From the NCBI GenBank assembly GCA_029778105.1, contig JAKOQZ010000011.1:1-55476 (forward strand): a stretch of 55,476 nt of DNA, given 5' to 3'. This DNA is from Pseudomonadota bacterium (GTDB lineage Bacteria; Pseudomonadota; Alphaproteobacteria; Micropepsales; Micropepsaceae). The position numbers and the translations under genes were made by a program. Shown here in pieces: positions 48,388-55,476 of the stretch. The notes under the pieces were generated by a model that was not told the origin of the DNA, did no database searches, and saw only the letters and a program-made list of their open reading frames with translations. The stretch's first letter is position 1. The number at the start of each line of letters is the position of its first letter.

Positions 48388-51018
48388 ATGGAGCGGCGGC
48401 TTTTCAGTTACATCTGGCGGCACAGCCTCGGCGAGCAGATCCGCGTGCTGGCGGTCATCGCCGCGTCGCTGCCCTTCTATTTCTTCGCGCTGAACCTGCC
48501 CAAGCTGATCGTCAACGGCCCCATTCAGGGCGACGGGTTCGAGAACGGTGCGAGCCGGACCTATCTGACGGTGCCGCTGCCGGACTGGCTGGGCGGCGGG
48601 CATCTGTTCGGCGGGTTTTCGCTGGACCAGATGAGCGCGCTGTTCGCGCTGTCGTTCACGTTTCTGGGCCTCGTCTGCATCAACGGGCTGTTCAAATACC
48701 GCATCAACGTGATGAAGGGGCAGATGGGCGAACGCCTGCTGCGCCGGTTGCGTTACGAGCTGGTGGACCGGGTGCTGCGCTTCTATCCGGCGCGGCTGAA
48801 ACGCACGAAACCGGCGGAAGTCGCGTCCATGGTGAAGGACGAGGTGGAGCCGTTGGGCGGCTTCGTCGGCGAGGCCTTCGCCACGCCGGTCTATCTGGGC
48901 GGACAGGCTGCGACGGCGGTGCTGTTCATCATGCTGCAGAATCCGCTTCTGGGCCTGGTGGCGGTGGGCGTCGTTTCGATCCAGGCTTTTCTGATCCCTT
49001 ATCTGCGCAAGCCCATCCTCGCGTTGGGACGGCAGCGTCAGCTGACGGCGCGCGAATTGTCGGGCCGGGTGGGCGAGATCGTCGACGCCGCCGCCGACAT
49101 TCAGGCGAACGACACCTCGAACTGGGAGCGCGCCGATATCACGCGGCGGCTGGGGCGGATCTACGACATCCGGTTCGAGATCTATCGCCGCAAGTTCTTC
49201 GTAAAGTTCCTGAACAACTTCCTCGCGCAGGTGACGCCGTTCTTCTTCTATCTGGTGGGCGGATATTACGTTCTCAAAGGCGAGCTTTCGATCGGCCAGC
49301 TGGTGGCGGTGATCGCCGCCTACAAAGACCTGCCGGGGCCGATCAAGGAGCTGCTGGACTGGTATCTGGAGAAGCAGGACGCGCAGATCAAATACGAGCA
49401 GGTGATCGAACAGTTCGGCGCCGAGAAGCTGATCGATCCGGCGCTGCACGAACCCGCCGATCCCGCGCCGCTGACCACCGGGATCGAGGTGCGCGAGGCG
49501 ACGGTCGCCGACGATACCGGCGCGCGGCTGCTGGACGCGGTGAGCTTCACCATTCCCGCCGGCGCGCATGTGGCGCTGGCCGGGCCGCCGGGCGGCGGCA
49601 AGGAGACGGCGGCGGCGCTGATCGCGCGGCAGGCGAACGCGCGCTCGGGCCATGTGCTGATCGACGGGCAGTCGATCGAGACGCTGCCGCAGGCGGCGAC
49701 CGGGCGGCGCATCGCCTATGTCGGGCAGGACGCCTATCTGTTCGGCGCGAGCCTGAAGGACAATCTGCTCTATGGCCTGAGGAACCAGCCGCGCCGCCCC
49801 GCCGAGCGCCACGGCCCGGCCGCCGCGCTGGCCCGGGCGCGCCATCTGGAAGACGAGCGCGCGGGCAACGCGCCCTATGACGCGGACGCCGACTGGGTGG
49901 ACTATGCCGCGCTGGGGATCGACGACGCGCGCTCCGTGGATGCGAGCCTGATGCGCTTCATCGCGCTGAGCGGGCTTGAGGACGACGTGTTCCGCTTCGG
50001 ACTGCAGGGCCGCTTCGACCCCGACGACGCGCCGGTGGTGGCGAGCCGCCTGCTGCAGGCGCGCGCGCTGTTCAAGGCGCGCGAGATGAGCGGCGATATC
50101 GACATCGTCGAGCCGTTCGATGCGGCGCTCTATAACAACCAGGCGACGATCGGCGAGAACCTGCTGTTCGGCGTGGCGGTGGGGCCGGCCTATCAGCCGC
50201 ATAATCTGGCGCGCAACCGCACGGTTTCGAGCCTGCTGGACGAAACCGGCCTTGGCCGTCCGCTGTTCCAGCTGGGCCGCGGCATCGCCGAGACGATGGT
50301 GGAGATCTTCCGCGGCCTGCCCGCCGACCACCCGTTCTTCGCGCAGTTCAGCTTCATCGCGGCGGCGGACCTGCCCTACTTCGAAGCGCTGCTGGCGCGG
50401 CTGGACGCGGGCCAGCCCTCGACCGCCGAGCAACGGGCGCGGATGCTGGGCCTCGCCTTCGACTATTCCGAGGCGCGCCATCGTCTGGGCCTGCTGGACG
50501 ACAGGCTGCGCTCCATGCTGCTGGTGGTGCGGCGGCTGTTCAACGAGCGGCTGCCGGCGCATGAGCGCTCGAAAATCGCGTTCTACGATGCGGCCGAATA
50601 CAACGAGGCGGCGTCGGTGGAGGACAACATCCTGTTCGGCCGCATCGTCTATGGCGCGCCGGACGCGCAGGCGCGCATCCAGCACATCCTGCACGAGGTG
50701 ATCGGCGAGCTGGGCCTTGAGGACGACATCGCGCGCATCGGGCTCGGCTTTCATGCCGGTGCGGCCGGCAAGCGGCTGACGCCGTCGCAGCGCCAGCGGC
50801 TGGCGCTGGCGCGCGCGCTGGTGAAGAATCCCGACATGCTGGTCGTCAACGGCGCGCTGGCCGTGCTGGACCCGCATGCGCAGGGCGAGATCCTGAAGCG
50901 CGTGATCGCGGCGCGCGCCGGCAAGGGCTTGGTGTGGACGCTGGCGCCCGGCCAGGACAGTTCGCCGTTCGACAGCGTGATCGCCTTCGAACATGGCCGC
51001 ATCGCAGGCGCGGCATGA
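48388..51018 (+). CDS. ABC-exporter-like protein (TMD + degenerate NBD with large internal insertion)
   Basis: Exporter-type TMD (GERLLRRLRYEL), Walker A GPPGGGKE, Q-loop IAYVGQD, signature LTPSQRQRLALARAL, Walker B MLVVNG. Confidence 0.85.
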   Translation: MERRLFSYIWRHSLGEQIRVLAVIAASLPFYFFALNLPKLIVNGPIQGDGFENGASRTYLTVPLPDWLGGGHLFGGFSLDQMSALFALSFTFLGLVCINGLFKYRINVMKGQMGERLLRRLRYELVDRVLRFYPARLKRTKPAEVASMVKDEVEPLGGFVGEAFATPVYLGGQAATAVLFIMLQNPLLGLVAVGVVSIQAFLIPYLRKPILALGRQRQLTARELSGRVGEIVDAAADIQANDTSNWERADITRRLGRIYDIRFEIYRRKFFVKFLNNFLAQVTPFFFYLVGGYYVLKGELSIGQLVAVIAAYKDLPGPIKELLDWYLEKQDAQIKYEQVIEQFGAEKLIDPALHEPADPAPLTTGIEVREATVADDTGARLLDAVSFTIPAGAHVALAGPPGGGKETAAALIARQANARSGHVLIDGQSIETLPQAATGRRIAYVGQDAYLFGASLKDNLLYGLRNQPRRPAERHGPAAALARARHLEDERAGNAPYDADADWVDYAALGIDDARSVDASLMRFIALSGLEDDVFRFGLQGRFDPDDAPVVASRLLQARALFKAREMSGDIDIVEPFDAALYNNQATIGENLLFGVAVGPAYQPHNLARNRTVSSLLDETGLGRPLFQLGRGIAETMVEIFRGLPADHPFFAQFSFIAAADLPYFEALLARLDAGQPSTAEQRARMLGLAFDYSEARHRLGLLDDRLRSMLLVVRRLFNERLPAHERSKIAFYDAAEYNEAASVEDNILFGRIVYGAPDAQARIQHILHEVIGELGLEDDIARIGLGFHAGAAGKRLTPSQRQRLALARALVKNPDMLVVNGALAVLDPHAQGEILKRVIAARAGKGLVWTLAPGQDSSPFDSVIAFEHGRIAGAA

Positions 51019-51028
51019 GGAGCGTGTT

Positions 51029-51502
51029 ATGAGCATCATCGACGAGGTCGAGGCGCTGCGGCGCATTCCCTATTTCGCGACGATGGATTCGGCCAAGCTG
51101 AAGCTGCTGGCCTTCGCCAGCCACCGCCTGCAGCTGCCGGTGGGCGGCGTGCTGTGCCGCGAGGGCGAGCCGGGCGATGCGGCCTATATCCTGCTGGACG
51201 GCGAGGCCGAGGTGATGGTGCGCACCGCAGAGGGCCACGATGTCGTGGTCGCCAAGGTGCCGAAGAATGCGTTCATCGGCGAGATCGCGGTGCTGCGCAA
51301 CGTGCCGCGCACCGCGACGGTGGTGGCCTCTTCGCCCATCGTCGCGCTGAAGGTGGGCAAGGACGCGTTCTTCCAGCTGCTGCGCGACGTGCCGCAATTC
51401 GCCTTTGAGGTGATGCGCGAACTGGCCGAGCGGCTGGAGGATACGACCGGGCGTCTGCGCGAGGCGCAGGGGCGGCTGGACGCGGCGGGACTGGGGAACT
51501 GA
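51029..51502 (+). CDS. Stand-alone cyclic-nucleotide-binding domain protein
   Basis: EGEPGD.AYILLDG and phosphate-binding cassette GEIAVL..VPRTATV; no HTH domain; GAGGAG RBS. Confidence 0.9.
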   Translation: MSIIDEVEALRRIPYFATMDSAKLKLLAFASHRLQLPVGGVLCREGEPGDAAYILLDGEAEVMVRTAEGHDVVVAKVPKNAFIGEIAVLRNVPRTATVVASSPIVALKVGKDAFFQLLRDVPQFAFEVMRELAERLEDTTGRLREAQGRLDAAGLGN

Positions 51503-51507
51503 CGGAT

Positions 51508-52167
51508 ATGGGCCCGCTCACGGTCTGGGGTGAGGGGCGCGGGTTTCGCGTCGTCTGGCTGCTGGAGGAGCTGGGGCTTGCCTATCGCCTGCGCGATGTC
51601 GATCTGAGGCCGGGGGCGGACAGCGACCCGGCGTTCCTGGCCGTCAATCCGGGCGGGTTCATTCCGGCGCTGCAGGATGGCGAGACGATCCTGGTGGAGT
51701 CGATCGCGATCCTGGAATACCTGCTCGCGCGCTATGGCCGGGGCTCGGCGCTGGCGCCGGCGGCGGAGGATGAGAGCTTTGCGCTCTACCAGCAGTTCCT
51801 GCATCTGGGCGAAGCGGGGCTGGCGGGCACGATGTTCTTCGCCGCGATCCCGCCGCGGATCGCGCCGGACGGACAGGGCGACAACTGGACGTCGCGCTGG
51901 GCGGCGACGTTGTTCGAAGGCCGCCGCCGTCTTGTGGCGCGGCAACTGGCGCGCGCGCCCTATATGGCGGGCGACGCCTTCACCGCCGCCGACATCTCGG
52001 TCACCTATGCGCTGGATTTCGCGCGCCGTGTGGGCGGCGTGGCGATGAGCGCCGACGAGGCCGCGTATGTCGCGCGCACGAGCGGGCGGGACGGCTACAG
52101 GCGTGCGATGCGAAGCTGCCACGCGACAAGGGGCTGGGTGGAATCGCTGGGCGAAGGACCGTTCTAG
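51508..52167 (+). CDS. Glutathione S-transferase family protein
   Basis: RVVWLLEELG, NPGG.IPAL.DG, ESIAILEYL and GDAFTAADI motifs. Confidence 0.9.
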   Translation: MGPLTVWGEGRGFRVVWLLEELGLAYRLRDVDLRPGADSDPAFLAVNPGGFIPALQDGETILVESIAILEYLLARYGRGSALAPAAEDESFALYQQFLHLGEAGLAGTMFFAAIPPRIAPDGQGDNWTSRWAATLFEGRRRLVARQLARAPYMAGDAFTAADISVTYALDFARRVGGVAMSADEAAYVARTSGRDGYRRAMRSCHATRGWVESLGEGPF

Positions 52168-52249
52168 CGCGGCGCGCTGATACGCGGCGCGCGCCGGCCG
52201 GTTTCATAACGACCGCGTGAGCGCGCGAAATAAAGATTCCGGCGCGGAG

Positions 52250-52274
52250 TCATCCAGCGCCCGGCGGCTTCGTA
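52250..52274 (+). promoter_or_regulatory. ECF sigma promoter candidate for the fasciclin gene
   Basis: TCATCC-N15-CGTA, resembling RpoE/SigK-type ECF promoters. Confidence 0.5.
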
Positions 52275-52319
52275 GGACTCTGCACGCGGCCACGACGCCG
52301 CATCATACGAGGAGCCCCC

Positions 52320-52889
52320 ATGAAGACCGTTTCGCGCGGCGTCGTCGCCGCGATCGCCCTGTCCTTGTCTCTTTCGGCCGCGCCGGCCGCCTTTGCGTCG
52401 ATGGACGAGAAGACCGTCGAGGTCGGCGGCGCTGCGATGTATCCCTCCAAGACGATCGTGGAGAACGCCTCGGCGGCGGCGAACCTGACGACGCTGGTTG
52501 CCGCCGTGAAGGCGGCGGGACTTGTGGAGACGCTGTCGAGCGAAGGGCCGTTCACCGTCTTCGCGCCGACCAACGATGCTTTCGCCAAGCTGCCCGCCGG
52601 CACGGTGGACGATCTGGTGAAGCCCGAGAACAAGGCGACGCTGACCAAGATCCTGACCTATCACGTCGTGGCAGGTAAGCTGACCGCCGCCGATGTGGTT
52701 GCCGCGATCAAGGCGGGCGGCGGCAAAGCGGTGCTCACGACCGTCGCGGGCGAGCCGCTGACCGCCGAACTCGACGGCGACAAGGTCGTGCTGACCGACG
52801 CCAAGGGCGGCAAGTCGACCGTCACGCAGACCGACGTGCTGCAGTCGAACGGCGTGGTGCACGTGATCGACACCGTGCTGATGCCGTAA
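52320..52889 (+). CDS. Fasciclin (FAS1) domain secreted protein
   Basis: [35 protein letters not shown] and [12 protein letters not shown] motifs. Confidence 0.95.
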   Translation: MKTVSRGVVAAIALSLSLSAAPAAFASMDEKTVEVGGAAMYPSKTIVENASAAANLTTLVAAVKAAGLVETLSSEGPFTVFAPTNDAFAKLPAGTVDDLVKPENKATLTKILTYHVVAGKLTAADVVAAIKAGGGKAVLTTVAGEPLTAELDGDKVVLTDAKGGKSTVTQTDVLQSNGVVHVIDTVLMP

Positions 52890-52934
52890 CCCATCCGGCG
52901 CGATCCGAGCCTCCCCCGCTCTCCGGATCGCCCC

Positions 52935-52977
52935 GGCGCCGCAGCTCCTCCCCTCAGGAGCTGCGGCGCCTTTTTTT
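52935..52977 (+). terminator. Rho-independent terminator
   Basis: GGCGCCGCAGCTCCT-cccctc-AGGAGCTGCGGCGCC followed by TTTTTTT. Confidence 0.9.
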
Positions 52978-53792
52978 CAGGCGCGCTCGATCGTGACGAC
53001 GATAGGGACGTGGTCGGAGGGCTGCGGCCAGTCGCGGGCGTCGCGCAGGATGGAATGGGCGGTCACGTGGCCCTTGAGCGCGCGGCTGGCCCAGACGTGA
53101 TCGAGCCGGCGGCCGCGATCGGAAATCTTCCAGTCGTGATTGCGGTAGCTCCACCAGGAGAAGACCTTCTCCTCGATCGGCACGAACTGGCGCGTCACGT
53201 CGATCCAGTCCCAGCCGGCGAGGATCGCCTTGAAGCGGTCGGTCTCGGGCGGCGTGTGGCTGACGACATTCAACAGCTGCCTGTGGCTCCACACATCGGT
53301 TTCGTGCGGGGCGACGTTGAGATCGCCGACCACGACGACGCGCTCGGTATTCTTGCCCCGGCGTCTGGCCCACCAGGCTTCCTTCTCGTCGAGGAACTGC
53401 AGCTTGTGGGCGAACTTCTCGTTCACCGCCGGGTCGGGCACGTCGCCGCCGGCGGGGATGTAATAGTTCTGGATCTCCAGCCCGTCGGCGAAACGCACGG
53501 TGAGGTGGCGGCCGTCATCCTTGCCGCACCATTCGACCTTTGAGACCTTGGCGAAGGGCTCACGCGAGAGAATGGCGACGCCGTGATAGCCCTTGCGGCC
53601 GTTGATGGCGCGATAGGGAAAGCCGAGCGCTGCGATGGCGTCGTGCGGAAACAGCGGGTCGTCGACCTTGGTTTCCTGAAGGCAGATCACGTCGGGCTGC
53701 GTTTCCGCCACCAGCCGCGCCAGAAGCGGCATGCGCAGCCGGACCGAGTTGATGTTCCAGGTGACGAGCTTGAGCGGCGGCGTGACGGACAT
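52977..53792 (-). CDS. xth: Exodeoxyribonuclease III
   Basis: TWNINSVR, CLQETK, GYHGVAILS, GDLNVAP, WWSYR, GRRLDH and PSDHVP motifs. Confidence 0.93.
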   Translation of the reverse strand: MSVTPPLKLVTWNINSVRLRMPLLARLVAETQPDVICLQETKVDDPLFPHDAIAALGFPYRAINGRKGYHGVAILSREPFAKVSKVEWCGKDDGRHLTVRFADGLEIQNYYIPAGGDVPDPAVNEKFAHKLQFLDEKEAWWARRRGKNTERVVVVGDLNVAPHETDVWSHRQLLNVVSHTPPETDRFKAILAGWDWIDVTRQFVPIEEKVFSWWSYRNHDWKISDRGRRLDHVWASRALKGHVTAHSILRDARDWPQPSDHVPIVVTIERA

Positions 53793-53919
53793 GCACCGGC
53801 TTTAGGGCGGGTGGACGGCGGGCGTCAATTCGACGCATCGCAGCGGTCTTGTTGCCGTGCGGCTGCAGGGTCTCCCATGAGCCGATCGCCGGGGGGCGAC
53901 ATCCCCTGAGGAGGCCGTC

Positions 53920-54390
53920 ATGGCAGAACTCGACTCCCAGACCATCGCGCAGGATTTCGCGCGCGACGGCGCGTTCCACACGATCAGAACCTACATCGCC
54001 GCGAGGAGGATCACGCCGGAACAGGCGTCGGCCTGGACCGCGCAGCTGTTCGCGGTGTTCGAGGAGAAGATCAAGGAAGCCCAGAAAGAGGTGCAGCATC
54101 TGCAGACGGTGCTGATGCGGCTGGCGGCGGTGGCGGCGCGCGGCAAGCGCAAGCACCCCTACAAGGAGGTCGACCCGCACGTGGTGAGCCTCGCCCATGA
54201 GCTCACCACCTTGGATAACTGGGTGATGAGCCTCTATGAAACCGATCTCACCATGATCAGCTATGGCGCGCCGGAACGGGCCCGCGCCAAGCCCGGCGAG
54301 ATGGCGCGGGCGATGGAGGCGCTCTATGCCAAGCGCCTCGCGGAGATGAAGTTCACGCTGAACGCGCCCGAGCTGTTCACGCGCGGCTGA
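53920..54390 (+). CDS. Hypothetical helical protein
   Basis: GAGGAGG RBS and strong GC3 bias; no recognisable motif. Confidence 0.7.
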   Translation: MAELDSQTIAQDFARDGAFHTIRTYIAARRITPEQASAWTAQLFAVFEEKIKEAQKEVQHLQTVLMRLAAVAARGKRKHPYKEVDPHVVSLAHELTTLDNWVMSLYETDLTMISYGAPERARAKPGEMARAMEALYAKRLAEMKFTLNAPELFTRG

Positions 54391-54460
54391 AAAACGCCGG
54401 CGCCATCGGGCGTGAGCCTTGCGCCCCGAGGAGGCGCGTTTTCGACGGCCGTGCTGCGCT

Positions 54461-54985
54461 TCAGAGCGGGCGCAGCGAGCGCACCGTCGTCTCGAACACG
54501 TCCTTGAATTCGTCGAACTTGGCGGTCTCGGCGAGGCAGGCGCCGATATAGACGACGCCGGGCGTCGCGGAGACGACGATGCGTGCGCGGGTCTCGAAAG
54601 GGATCGATTCAAAGCCGGCGCCGAGCTTCAGCGTCGCGATCTGAACCTTCAGGCCGTTGGCGTCGATGATCTCGCCGCCTTCCAGCGTGATGAGGTTGAT
54701 GTCGGCGCCGAGGACGTTGGCCCAGTCGGCCGCCCCGAATGGCGTGGCGAACAGCTGGGTGTTGATCTGGTCCTGCGTGAGGCTGGCGAAGCCAGCGACG
54801 GGCGCCGCCTTGACGCCGCAATTGGTGACGTTGTCCGGGGCGTGGGCGAAGGTGAAGCCTTCCGCCGATGCGGGGGTGGTGGTCCAGCCTTCCGGGAAGT
54901 CGACGGTGTAACGGCCGGCCGGATCGTTGAAGGCGCTGAGACCGACGAAAGCGGCAAGGACGAGGGAGAGGCGGGCGAGGCGCAT
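54461..54985 (-). CDS. Exported hypothetical protein (possible PsbP/DcrB-like fold)
   Basis: Signal peptide MRLARLSLVLAAFVGLSA, FNDPAGRYTVDFPEGW and C-terminal F...V.SLR; AGGA RBS. Confidence 0.6.
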   Translation of the reverse strand: MRLARLSLVLAAFVGLSAFNDPAGRYTVDFPEGWTTTPASAEGFTFAHAPDNVTNCGVKAAPVAGFASLTQDQINTQLFATPFGAADWANVLGADINLITLEGGEIIDANGLKVQIATLKLGAGFESIPFETRARIVVSATPGVVYIGACLAETAKFDEFKDVFETTVRSLRPL

Positions 54986-55206
54986 GAGGGATGTCCTGTT
55001 GGAAAGTCCCGATGATCCTAATCGGCGGCGTGGCGCCCGGTCGAGAGCCGGTGGCCCGGCTGCGCCGCCGTGACGCGGCACTCAGGGCGGCGAAGCGTCG
55101 CAGCGGAACTCTGGCGGAGGGCTCGCCGCCCTGCGCCGTATGCCGACCCTGATCGCCTGCGCCGTGCGGCAGGACGACCCGGACGCTGGTGCGTGGGCCT
55201 CGCGCG

Positions 55207-55476
55207 CTAAAGGGCCGCCTTTTCGATCAGCCACGCGGCGGCGCGCTTTTCGAAGAGATCGCTATGCGCGCCTTTCATCAGGTTGGGGAAGCTGTCGGCG
55301 AGGGTCGCGTGGGCCGTCATCGTGTGATCGAGGCCTGGGACGGTTTCGAAGGCCGCCTTGCCGGGATTGTTGGCGTTGACGATGTAGGCGCTGAGCGCGT
55401 CGTCATACGCCTCCGATACCCAGTCGAACTCGCCGTGCAGCGCGAGCAGTTCGCCGCGATAGGCCTGCCAGCCGGC
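55207..55476 (-). CDS. Alpha/beta hydrolase, 3' part; runs off the window
   Basis: Manual translation ...LLALHGEFDWVS...VPGLDHTM...AWLIEKAAL*, containing catalytic Asp and His motifs. Not in the ORF track. Confidence 0.7.
   Translation of the reverse strand, partial: AGWQAYRGELLALHGEFDWVSEAYDDALSAYIVNANNPGKAAFETVPGLDHTMTAHATLADSFPNLMKGAHSDLFEKRAAAWLIEKAAL

Noticed and set aside
48373-51066. 897-aa minus-strand ORF
   Set aside because: Mirror of the ABC gene, with no recognisable domain.

Overview
GC-rich alphaproteobacterial chromosome segment spanning the replication origin. oriC lies between a divergent PPDK-regulatory protein gene (partial, missing from the ORF track) and hemE. It contains DnaA boxes, a DnaA-trio-like unwinding motif, a perfect CtrA box and GANTC sites. 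The conserved origin-proximal genes follow: hemE-hemH-hemJ-rho, then mnmE-mnmG-rsmG-parA-parB with 3-4 parS sites, holA-lptE-leuS, a porin, yggS, an L,D-transpeptidase, ribA and a CenR-like regulator. Between the CenR-like gene and xth lies about 22 kb of accessory DNA. It holds an MBL hydrolase, a DUF2807 protein, a REP-like palindromic element and a MacAB-type exporter. It also holds the best candidate for an uncharacterised system: a translationally coupled operon of four glycosyltransferases, a histidine phosphatase and an Opp-type importer. Divergent from that operon are an ABC-exporter-like protein with degenerate ATPase motifs and an internal repeat, and a stand-alone cyclic-nucleotide-binding protein. 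I saw no tRNA, rRNA, CRISPR array, transposase or phage genes. All assignments come from motif recognition by eye; no database searches were run.
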